Positions 10,510-22,140 of a stretch of 64,000 bases of DNA are shown here, piece by piece; positions within the stretch are counted from its first letter, which is position 1; every line of letters starts with the position of its first letter. The notes below the pieces were generated by a model that was not told where the DNA came from, ran no database searches, and worked only from the letters and a program-made list of their open reading frames with translations. Source of the DNA: Takakia lepidozioides. Taxonomy: Eukaryota; Plantae; Bryophyta. The translations under genes were made by a program, and so were the position numbers. The stretch covers positions 8,184,001-8,248,000 of the forward strand of contig CM060734.1 in NCBI GenBank assembly GCA_030704615.1. The letters run 5' to 3'.

Positions 10510-13508
10510 TCATCACCCCCCCAAACCAAACAACCTATACACGGACATCTGCCTGACCCTCCTACTTCTCCGATGTGGGGACATACATCCAAATCTCGGA
10601 CCTTCTACCCTCGAGGAAATCATCAGCAAGTCCCCCATTGATGCACAATACAGATATGCATTATACTTCCAGCCGAACACCATGTCACTAATGCATAACT
10701 ATCAACATATCACCGACCACTTTGCTCCCTTCTTCCCCCGCGACCCATCCACATACCACCCACCAATAGCCCATGTTACAACCTTTGGACTCCCCACTAA
10801 TTCTTGCCCAACACTATCTAAGACCCTACAAAACCTCCAAGCATTTCATAGTCCCACCTTCTATTTGCTCTCATAATACTCATCTCTCCCTTGCCGGATA
10901 CATGTAACGGCTTTCTTCACTCCCACTCTTCATCCCTCCTCCGTCCCTTCCTTTCATAACTACAAGACCTACCCCTGCACCCCCATAACTACTTAGCACC
11001 GCTGCACCCCCTACACACCCTCCACTCCTCCCTAAATCTTCTGCAATCCCACCCAGGTACAATTCATAAAGCCCTCGGAGCCCACCTGACTACCATCACC
11101 ACCCTAGATCCGGACGCCACCGCAACCACTCAAAAATTCCCATTCCTCTCCAAAGACATCCTCTTAGCCACTCTAAGAGCCACCACCCCCTTCCAAGCTT
11201 CTCCCCATCCCAGCCACCTAACCCACCCCACCCCCCCCCCCCCCCCCCCTATCACTATTCACTCTGCCTCACTAGCCTCTCTGCCCACCACTAGCAGTAG
11301 CTCCCTTATTATCACCTCTTGGAACGTAGGCTCCCTAGCTACCAGTATACAGAGCCTCATCCACCTCATCACTGACTCCCACCCCCACATCATCCTACTA
11401 CAAGAAACCAAACTGCATACCAGTAACACTAATAGCTCATACATTAACAAACTTCTCCCGGACTACTACTTGTTATACATCAACCCACTCACTACACCAT
11501 AGTGCCTCCTTAGGCGCTCAGCACCTTATAAACCCACAAGAGGTGGGGTGGCATTTGGCATCCTGCGCTCGCAACCACTCCCCTAGCGATAACCGTACCC
11601 TCCATCTTCGTCTCCCACCTCCAAATCCTACACCTTCACACCCCACCCCCTGCCCTATTCTACTCGTTCATCTCTACATGCCATCCCACACCGAGGACCT
11701 CTCATCCATCCCTGAAATTCTTAGTACCATATCCGCGGCACTTACTCATCCCACACATCAACATGACCACGTCATAATGGCCGGGGACTTCAACAGAGAT
11801 GTTTCACTCCTAGGGCACACTTTCAATGGCACGCACCGACCACCATCCTAAGCTGACCGAGACTGGGCCCAATTCACCTCCCATCATCACCTCGCATATA
11901 TCACCTCAGACCACCATTATTCTAGACAAGGTGGCCTCAATTATTCCTCACTAAGCCTCATTGATGGATTCTACTAGTACCAGCGAGGCCATCCCTCCTC
12001 ACTTGCAAAGCCATGTACATATTGATAGCCTAAGTAATTCCGACCACTACCCGATCTCCCCTTCCCTCCCACCATCACTCATCCCCTTTTGACCAGTTCC
12101 CGTCACGCAGGCACCACCCCTTCAACCACGTCTCCTCTCCCCTCTACTCTATAGTAATATAACCGCATTCAAATCCCATTTTCACCCAGCCGCCTCCGCC
12201 TTAATGCTCACCCTCTCGCACACTCTATCCAACTTGAACCTTTCCCAAAACCCAGAAACCACGTGGCTTGCAACTGAACGTACCCTCACATCCATCCTAC
12301 AACTCATGACCACCAGCGTGCTTGCCACTTGCTCCGCTCCCCCGGAACTCCCTCAAACCCCCCATTCACAACAAAACGGGGGCTACCTTACACGCACTCA
12401 AAAACGCGAGTGGACCTCCCATCTCAACACATAACCATACATCGCGCGCCTTCACGATTATCCCCAGCACACCCACCACCACCCCACTCAACAACTGGTC
12501 CACCGATCGCCGTATCTTGTGCTTAAATGCTATCCCCCTCTGCCAACCACTTCTACCCCCGCCGTCCGACCCCACAGCCATACCCAGCTGGATTGCTACC
12601 CTAGCCAAAATCGGCAAGGATGCAAAGAAGGCCGCATATAACATCACCAAACAAAAAGCCACTGCCAATCACAAGAAATTCGTCTCATCCTTCGGGAAAC
12701 TTTTACGTGATCACCCTAAGCGCACCCACAAAGCCATCTTCAACCCTGCCCTCAACCCCCCTATCGACTGCCTCAGACACCAACATGGCCACCTCGTAAC
12801 CCAACCGGACAATATGAAGAATGAAATTTGGGCGCAAGCCTCAGCCTCCTACACACCCACAGTCAAGCACTGCCTCCACCCCAGCAAACATACTAACGAC
12901 TGCTTATGCAGCGTCAAACACTACCCTTGGCATGACATCAACGGATTTTCCTTAGATAAACATGGGGCCCCTGAGGATACCATCCTCTCGTTCTTCACCA
13001 TAGCTATTTACGACTCATGTCTCAAATCCCTATCCAAATCCAAAGCCCCCGGTCCCGATCTCATCCCCAATGCCATACTCCAAGCTCTAGATCCTCATTT
13101 TCACTCCCTCTTATTCAGATTTTCCCACCTCTGTTATCGCCTACGACGTATTCCTTCATCTTGGAAACATAGCCGTACTATCCTTCTCTACAAAAAGGGG
13201 ACCCCACAGATCTCGGTAACTACCGCCCTATAGCTTTAGCCAACACCATATACAAACTCTTCACAAGTACGCTAATCACAATGCTCTCCTGCTATGAAGA
13301 GCAGCACTGCATTCTTAGTGACCCCCAAGAAGGCTTCCGTGCCACTCGTAGTACCACTCGCCAAATACAATATGTCCTATCCGCACTCGAAGACGCCAAA
13401 CTCACTAAACATGACATTTATCTCCTGTACATTGATTTTAAAAATGCCTTTGGATCTCTTGACCACGCCTGACTTCTCGCCATTATGACGGACCTGGGCT
13501 ATCCCCAG
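10510..13508 (+). mobile_element. Degenerate non-LTR retrotransposon (LINE, RTE/RTEX-like): AP endonuclease + reverse transcriptase, 3'-truncated
   Basis: APE motifs SWNVGS, LLQETK, GGVA, AGDFN, IDGF, SDHYP (11310-12055). RT motifs KAPGPD, NYRPIAL, QEGFR, YIDFKNAFGSLDH (13040-13500). Many stops and frameshifts; C-rich sense strand. Confidence 0.92.
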
Positions 13509-13509
13509 T

Positions 13510-13870
13510 TGCAGGTATGGACGTGACGCCGCAGTAACACATCAGCATCGGCGTCACGTCAAGATGTGACGGTCGTCACGTCGCGTCCATAACAAGACAT
13601 TCATCGCGGTAATTTATTTATTTATTTATTACTTTTTACCTTCTTCTGCCACGTTGGCGACAGCGAGGACGAAGGCGACTGGCCAGGTGACGGCTTGCCG
13701 AGGTGACCATCCAGGCGCCGGTTGCCGGGCGACCGCCACGTCAGCGGTCACCATGTGGGCGACTGCCATATTAGCGGTCGCCACATTGCGCTGGTGGCCG
13801 CCAAGCGGCGGACATCTTCCGGAAGGCGCTTGGGTGACCGCTTTTGAGCGGTCGCCCATATAAGGGGAAG
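13510..13870. repeat. GC-rich inverted-motif cluster (GACGTGACG/CGTCACGTC, GGCGAC/GTCGCC) ending in a TATA-like CATATAAG; likely end/promoter of another element
   Basis: Nested inverted repeats at 13517-13591. Truncates the LINE RT and precedes ORF 14032-14508. Confidence 0.5.
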
Positions 13871-14031
13871 GAGGCCATTTTTGGCTCTCACTTTCACTCT
13901 TCCCCTTTAGCTCTGTGGGTGTGGGATGCTTTGCATTCTGCCGAGCGGAGTTAGAGGAAGAGGGAAGCCATTGACAAGGAGGGGAAGGTTTTGTCTCCGA
14001 TTTTTATAAAATTGTGGGCTTTTGGATCTAT

Positions 14032-14508
14032 ATGAACGACGCAATGACGCAACGCAAAGAGCGGCGGCTGCGTCGCAATCCCGCATATGAGGATGCGGAT
14101 GAAAAGAAAATCAACAGATATGCCAAGGCCATTAGGCAAGTCGTTAGAACGTGGCAAATGAGTCTAGCAAGCGCGTTAGTGGGTGTGAAATCCATTGATC
14201 TCCCAAATGTCCAGGACCTTGTAGCTACCTTGGAGGCCGCTGAAACTGTCGCCAACAATGTTAACTCGTCGCCTCGTCGCCTCCAAAATGATAGTCAGCA
14301 GAGTGGCAATCAATACTTCCCGGAGTCACTCCGCATGATGGCAAGGGTGGACGAGGAACGTGTTAGGCTCGGGCCACCACCTCGCACTCGATACCAGACC
14401 CGAGCTCGCTTGATCCGGATGCCGCTTCTACACACTCAGCGTTGTCATCAACCCCACGTCCGGCGGTGCCATCTGCAACTTCAGGGAGTGAAACACAAGA
14501 GACTATAG
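14032..14508 (+). CDS. Hypothetical protein (possibly frameshifted near the 3' end)
   Basis: ATG ORF ~170 bp downstream of a TATA-like box, with protein-like composition. No family recognised. Confidence 0.35.
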   Translation: MNDAMTQRKERRLRRNPAYEDADEKKINRYAKAIRQVVRTWQMSLASALVGVKSIDLPNVQDLVATLEAAETVANNVNSSPRRLQNDSQQSGNQYFPESLRMMARVDEERVRLGPPPRTRYQTRARLIRMPLLHTQRCHQPHVRRCHLQLQGVKHKRL

Positions 14509-15796
14509 ATTTATCGGAATAGCCTCCTTTACATATTACAACTATGAATAGATCTTTTTGTCGATGATGGTATTCCTATAAATTCTAATAGGTTTGTAAA
14601 ATTTCAACATAGCATTTCATGCCCGAATTTCGAAGCATTGCCCATGAGGCATGTCTTTCGTGATTTGACTATGGCGCCCAATGCTTGTGGACGACCTTTA
14701 TATTTGAAGCACTCTTTCTCATTATTCTGCAATTTTCAATTTGAATTTTGCATGGACCACGGTTGTACGTCATATTTGTTGAGCTGAATAACTGTTAACC
14801 ACAACAATTTTGATTGACCTGATAGGGATTTAATATAGAACTTCATAGTGTCGATGAGTAAGTTATAACTTATTAACAAGTCCACCGTTGTTGTCAAGTT
14901 GCGGGTTTGGAATTTTAATCAAGTCCACTGGCATACATGAATATTTCATAGGGATACTCAATTTCAGAGTGAATAGTTCTCAATACATTGCATGCCAAAA
15001 TGTGAATATTGCGCGGTCTGCTCTACTGGACAACCACGGTTGTGGTATGTCCCATCTTGTTCGTCATTGACCCACAATCATTTTGGCATTATTGATATTA
15101 TTTTATATGAACATTATGGTGCATGCACATTCCACTTTGCATACATTCATAGTTTCATAATTATATAAATGCAAGTTCCGAACCAATTTCATATTTCATA
15201 CTAAAGCAAACCGGGCTACATGTACTCCAATAGTTTAGTGGACCACGATACATTCACCGCGGACCGTCTTGCAAGTTCTTGAAGATGTCTGTCTTCCCAA
15301 TTGTTTCTATTTCTACGACGGGATGACAATCTTGCCGGCCCCACCAGCGTGAAGTCCGAGTCCCCCCTGCACTTCATCGCCAGCGCCATGGTTGGTGTTG
15401 TCATCGTCCTCAGTGGCCGTTGTGGTTGCATCAGGCATTCTTAGGCGCATCCGACCCCGTTTGATCTTCATTTGCCGGATTGGCCTATTCCCATCGCGAT
15501 CAGTAATTCCATCGATAGTATCTGGCCCACGTGTGTTGCGATCACCAATGAAACTTTGTATAGTTTTTTGCCTTTTCGCCGCTTGTGGGGGATTTTGTAT
15601 TCTCGTACCAGAATGGGGGCCACGGTGATGCGCTGCCGAGGGTCCGCCGACATGAGATGAGAGTCGATTGACGTGGGTGGATTGTCGGTTCAGATGGACC
15701 TGCAATGGCAGATGATCGTCATCCGATGGATCCACCAGAGACATTTCCATCTGCATTTGGGATGACCGAAGTACCTGTCCTCGCGTCACAGGAGCG

Positions 15797-17580
15797 TGTC
15801 AAGTTAAATAAGCACAGTGTGAAAACAACTAGAATAAAGCTAGTTTTTTGTATTTAACACTTGGATTTAGGTCAAGTGTTAAATCAGGTGTCAAGTTTAG
15901 TTTGACACCTGAACCGCCTTATCTTCACGAGAGCGGCAGTCGCGTAGCTCATCTCTCTCGAGTTGAGCCTGCGCGACCGAGCTCCTTCATCGCTTTCAGA
16001 TCTGAGTGTGCTTATGATGGGAGTGTAGGTTGTTGTGGGGTGGAGTCCCCATAGCTTGGGGTGCCCCTGGCTCGACTATTATCTTAAAGAGTGATGTTGA
16101 GGGATTGCATTCTTGTGTTGAGAGTGTGTGTCCTTTCTAGCTTGTTTATCACTCGAGAGAGATGATATCTTACCTGTGAGTGCAAGGTAGGAGTTGAGGG
16201 TTAGCACTTGCAAGATTACCTGTGTGTAAGTAGTGCTTAGTTTGAGAAGCATATCATTGAATGTGACCACAAGATTCAGCGTGCCCTGAAACGCCTGGAG
16301 GATGACGATGCTGGAGCCGCCACTGTTATTGCAGTCGCTGAAGCTACCAAGTCACCAGAGGCTTTGGAGCACACAAGGAGAGACTTAAAAATGCAGCAGC
16401 AAATGCTAGTTGGCACCTATGCGTGATCCTTGAAGCTGGATGATTGTTTCCCCAGTAAGCTTATAGAGAAGCTCTACCGTGCAGCATGGAGCAGCGCTGG
16501 CAAGCTGTGAACGCTGATATCTGCACTACCACAACGTCCCTAGGATGAATACAAAGTGCCTGGAGTGAAATGGATAGCTGGAGAGCTGCTCAGGCCCATA
16601 CATTTTGGGAGTTAAAAGTCACATCTGTATGTTGTAGGCCCGATTCACGCCCTCACAAAACCCTGGAGAGTTCAAACAGCCCATCTCCTCGCGACATCTT
16701 CCTCACTGGCTATGCCGGAGAAGGCCAAGGATAAGGGCATCAAGGAATTGCAAGTGGCTCTCACAGAGGCTCAATATAATGCAATTCATTTGGAAGAGGC
16801 CATTGCAAGAAGCAGTAATGCGTCAACTGAACAACGGCGGGAGGCTGGTTTTTGTTTTTAGGACTCTGCTAAAAATCTATGGAATTTTTAGAGTGTGAGT
16901 GTGCCATGAAAGATCCACAATTCTGTTTCTAGAACCTGTGCTGGTCTATATGAGAGACAAATCTGTGGATGTACTCCTTGTATGGCTGGGGGAAATGAGG
17001 ACGTAATTGAAGGACAGGTCTCTTCTCTTAGCCTGTGCACACAAGGGGACAGGATTTATGTTTTCCAAGGAACTCAGACTGATTTGAGTGGAGAACAGTT
17101 GGACGAGTTGATTGCATACTGGGAGTCAGGCATTAGCAGTAGACAACAGACTGCTGTAGTTGGCATTGAGGGCCTCAATATCGCCTTGGACAGTCAGAAC
17201 TTTGTTGGAGCCAGCAGTTCAGCAGCTGTAGGTGAAATACCAAAGTGGGTGAAAGCTAGGCTTGGAACACAGCCAAAGACAGCCTCGGGGACCAAGGTGT
17301 TCAGCCACAAGGCCGTGGTGTACTGGAGCAGAGGAGCAGGAGCTACACAAGTTTCTGCAATCAGACATGGTTGCAGCCGGATACGCTCTGCACAGGGCAA
17401 CCACGAGCGGGGGTTCATTAGCAATGACATATTTGTTGTGCGTGAAGGAGATGCAGTCATTCGCAATGAAGACACCCGCAACCGTCTCAAAGCTTTCGAG
17501 TTGAGAGACTATCAGACCCTACCTTTGTTTTCTTTAGTGTTCAGTGAGCGGGAGATAAGGGAGTATTGCTTTGTCTCTAC
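15797..17580 (+). mobile_element. TG..CA element (large solo-LTR-like), copy 1, right end removed by the tandem array
   Basis: 15797-16165 matches 34485-34855 and 16845-17578 matches 37300-38035. Starts TGTCAAG. Confidence 0.7.
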
Positions 17581-17614
17581 AAACCTTGGCCAGTGTGTTC
17601 AATGTACCCTCTGA
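16982..17614 (+). pseudogene. Truncated copy of the 249-aa orphan ORF (MAGGNED...)
   Basis: Nearly identical to 37437-38186 up to CFVST, then reads into the tandem array. Confidence 0.75.
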
Positions 17615-20600
17615 TACATCCCAGTGTAATACGAGATCAATCGAAAATCGTTCCATTGTCCAATGAGGCGTTCACTTCTCATCTTGGTTTTGTTCAATGC
17701 GAAAAAGAAATCATGCAATGCGTGCACGGCTATTGCACCCATTGAACGGTTGTGGTTGAAGCCCCTCTTTTGCCCGCACGTGCTTGAACATGTGTGCCAC
17801 ACATGTGCGGAGACACAACAGACGAATAAATCATTTGCCTCCCCATCGACGCGCTCCCCCCTCAAGCCATTCCACATTTTTAATGGAATTTAAATTTATT
17901 TTAAGCCAATAAATAGGTTTGCACTGCCTTGGTTTATGGCACGTATTGATTTTGTTTTTGGCTCAATTTTGTTCTGCGGCTTCTAGCATACCACGGCTAC
18001 TCCCCGCCAAAATTTGGACCAATCAAAATGCCCCCTCCCCCCCCCAAAAAAAAAGGTGTTCTCTTTCGCTCACTATTGCAGAACTCTCTATGAAGAGTGC
18101 ATGAAGTAGAACACAAATCAAGATTGGAGTGCAAAACAGGGAAGAAACTGTGGTTTTGGGTCCAAATGAATTTTGATCGCTCCCAAATTTGGCACGCACA
18201 TTGCATATGGCTACATTACACGCCCCATTCAAAAACGGAATGAAAAACAAATCGTGAGCACGCAAAACATAGTCCAACAGGTCCCAAAGCAATAGCAGCT
18301 CCAACAAAATATATTCAACGGGCGAACGGATGGTTGGCCATCGAAATGATTTTGGTTCGCTTTGAGACTTGGCCACTATGTTCAATGTGCCATGTAAGAG
18401 CCCCAGAGTAATATGAGATCAATCGAAATTCGTTCAATGGGCCAACGGATGGTTGCCCATCCAAATGATTTTCGTTCGCTTTCAAACCTTGGCCAGTGTG
18501 TTCAATGTACCCTCTGATACGTCCCAGTGTAATACGAGATCAATCGAAAATCGTTCCATTGTCCAATGAGGCGTTCACTTCTCATCTGGTTTTTGTTCAA
18601 TGCGAAAAAGAAATCCTGCAATGCGTGCACGGCTATTGCACCCATTGAACGGTTGTGGTTGAAGCCCCTCTTTTGCCCGCACGTGCTTGAACATGTGCGG
18701 AGACAACGGAACGAAATAAATCATTTGCCTCCCCATCGACGCGCTCCCCCCTCAAGCCATTCCACATTTTAATGGAATTTAAATTTATTTTAAGCCAATA
18801 AATAGGTTTGCACTGCCTTGGTTTATGGCACGTATCGATTTTGTTTTTGGCTCAATTTTGTTCTGCGGCTTCCAGCATCCCACGGCTACTCCCCCGCCAA
18901 AATTTGGACCAATCAACCAAAAAAGGTGTTGTCTTTCGCTCACTATTGCAGAACTCTCCATGAAGAGTGCATGAAGTAGAACTCAAATCAAGTTTGGAGT
19001 GCAAAACAGGGAAGAAACTGTGGTTTTGGGTCCAAATGAATTTTGATCGCTCCCAAATTTGGCACGCACATTGCATATGGCTACATTACACGCCCCATTC
19101 AAAAACGGAATGAAAAACAAATCGTGAGCACGCAAAACACAGTCCAACAGGTCCCCAAGCAATAGCAGCTCCAACAAAATACATTCAACGGGGAACGGAT
19201 GGTTGCCCATCCAAATCATTTTTGTTAGCTTCCAAACTTTGCCAGCACGTTCAGACACCCTCTCACAGGTCCACTAATATCAGATCAATCAAAAATTCAT
19301 TCGATGGCTCAACGGATGGTTGCCCATCCAAATCATTTTTGTTAGCTTCCAAATTGTGCCAGCACGTTGCAGACACCCTCTCACAGGTCCCGGACTAATA
19401 TCAGATCAATCGAAAATTCATTCGATGGCTCAACGGATGGTTGGCCATCGAAATGATTTTGGTTCGCTTTGAGACTTGGCCACTATGTTCAATGTGCCAT
19501 GTAAGAGGCCCCAGAGTAATGAGATCAATCGTTCGTCAATGGGCCAACGGATGGTTGCCCATCCAAATGATTTTCGTTCGCTTTCAAACCTTGGCCAGTG
19601 TGTTCAATGTACCCTCTGATACGTCCCAGTGTAATAACGATCAATCGAAAATCGTTCCATTGTCCAATGAGGCGTTCACTTCTCATCTGGTTTTTGTTCA
19701 ATGCGAAAAAGAAATCCTGCAATGCGTGCACGGCTATTGCACCCATTGAACGGTTGTGGTTGAAAGCCCCTCTTTTGCCCGCACGTGCTTGAACATGTGC
19801 CACACATGTGCGGAGACACAACAGACGAATAAATCATTTGCCTCCCCATCGACGCGCTCCCCCTCAAGCCATTCCACATTTTTAATGGAATTTAAATTTA
19901 TTTTAAGCCAATAAATAGGTTTGCACTGCCTTGGTTTATGGCACGTATTGATTTTGTTTTTGGCTCAATTTGTTCTCTGCGGCTTCTAGCATACCACGGC
20001 TACTCCCCCCCCAAAATTTGGACCAATCAAAATGCCCCCTCCCCCCCCCCAAAAAAAGGTGTTCTCTTTCGCTCACTATTGCAGAACTCTCTATGAAGAG
20101 TGCATGAAGTAGAACACAAATCAAGATTGGAGTGCAAAACAGGGAAGAAACTGTGGTTTTGGGTCCAAATGAATTTTGATCGCTCCCAAATTTGGCACGC
20201 ACATTGCATATGGCTACATTACACGCCCCATTCAAAAACGGAATGAAAAACAAATCGTGAGCACGCAAAACACAGTCCAACAGGTCCCAAAGCAATAGCA
20301 GCTCCAACAAAATACATTCAACGGGGGAACGGATGGTTGCCCATCCAAATCATTTTTGTTAGCTTCCAAACTTTGCCAGCACGTTGCAGACACCCTCTCA
20401 CAGGTCCCGGACTAATATCAGATCAATCAAAAATTCATTCGATGGCTCAACGGATGGTTGCCCATCCAAATCATTTTTGTTAGCTTCCAAATTGTGCCAG
20501 CACGTTGCAGACACCCTCTCACAGGTCCCGGACTAATATCAGATCAATCGAAAATTCATTCGATGGCTCAACGGATGGTTGGCCATCGAAATGATTTTGG

Positions 20601-21835
20601 TTCGCTTTGAGACTTGGCCACTATGTTCAATGTGCCATGTAAGAGGCCCCAGAGTAATATGAGATCAATCGAAATTCGTTCAATGGGCCAACGGATGGTT
20701 GCCCATCCAAATGATTTTCGTTCGCTTTCAAACCTTGGCCAGTGTGTTCAATGTACCCTCTGATACGTCCCAGTGTAATACGAGATCAATCGAAAATCGT
20801 TCCATTGTCCAATGAGGCGTTCACTTCTCATCTGGTTTTTGTTCAATGCGAAAAAGAAATCCTGCAATGCGTGCACGGCTATTGCACCCATTGAACGGTT
20901 GTGGTTGAAGCCCCTCTTTTGCCCGCACGTGCTTGAACATGTGTGCCACACATGTGCGGAGACACAACAGACGAATAAATCATTTGCCTCCCCATCGACG
21001 CGCTCCCCCCTCAAGCCATTCCACATTTTTAATGGAATTTAAATTTATTTTAAGCCAATAAATAGGTTTGCACTGCCTTGGTTTATGGCACGTATTGATT
21101 TTGTTTTTGGCTCAATTTTGTTCTGCGGCTTCTAGCATACCACGGCTACTCCCCCGCCAAAATTTGGACCAATCAAAAATGCCCCCTCCCCCCCCCCAAA
21201 AAAAAAGGTGTTCTCTTTCGCTCACTATTGCAGAACTCTCTATGAAGAGTGCATGAAGTAGAACACAAATCAAGATTGGAGTGCAAAACAGGGAAGAAAC
21301 TGTGGTTTTGGGTCCAAATGAATTTTGATCGCTCCCAAATTTGGCACGCACATTGCATATGGCTACATTACACGCCCCATTCAAAAACGGAATGAAAAAC
21401 AAATCGTGAGCACGCGAAACACAGTCCAACAGGTCCCAAAGCAATAGCAGCTCCAACAAAATATATTCAACGGGCGAACGGATGGTTGCCCATCGAAATG
21501 ATTTTGGTTCGCTTTGAGACTTGGCCAATACGTCTGTTGTGTCTTAAATTTATTTTAAGCCAATAAATAGGTTTGCACTGCCTTGGTTTCTGGCACGTAT
21601 CGATTTGTTTTTTGGCTCAATTTTGTTCTGCGGCTTCCAACATCCCACGACTACTCCCCCGCCAAAATTTGAACCAATCAAAAATGCCCCCCCCCCAAAA
21701 AAAAAAGGTGTTGTCTTTCGCTCACTATTGCAGAACTCTCTATGAAGAGTGCATGAAGTAGAACACAAATCAAGTTTGGAGTGCAAAACATCTACTTCAT
21801 GCACTCTTCATAGAGAGTTCTACAATAGTGAGCGA
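17580..21835 (+). repeat. Higher-order tandem array: 0.9-1.15 kb units containing ~121 bp subrepeats
   Basis: Unit starts (caaaccttggccagtgtgttc) at 17580, 18483, 19586 and 20729. Subrepeat aacggatggttg(c/g)ccatc at 20328, 20449, 20570, 20691 and elsewhere. Confidence 0.95.
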
Positions 21836-21839
21836 TGGG

Positions 21840-22140
21840 TGACAATCCCCTCACAATACACCTAGGTATGACCACAAAAGCTCTCATGCCCATCGCTTCG
21901 CTCGTCCCATACTACATTGGTTCTCATGAGATGACCAAAAGAACTGTTGATGAGCCCAACAACATTGCCGAAGATATCGAGGTCACCATCACAAAATCTG
22001 ATCTCAATGGGAGACAACCCCCATCTACGTACATCCTTTCCGTTGACACACAAAATGTAGGGTAAGATGTATGGGGCTTCGAGGTGTACTGTACGGAACT
22101 CCCCGGAGGTGTAATATGGACCGTAGTAGGGAAACAAGTC
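21840..22140 (-). pseudogene. SET-domain-like fragment
   Basis: LFPYYGPYY ... DGDLDIFGNVVGLINSS..TNVVW resembles the SET YxG and D..GNxxRFINHS..PN motifs. Internal stop. Confidence 0.4.

Noticed and set aside
15793-16283. AGCGTG as a TSD around a ~480-bp solo LTR
   Set aside because: It overlaps the terminal TG shared with copy 2, the flanks are not colinear, and the element continues further right.
17599-21804. Repeated short ORFs in the tandem array
   Set aside because: Frames are broken by indels between units; no protein motif.
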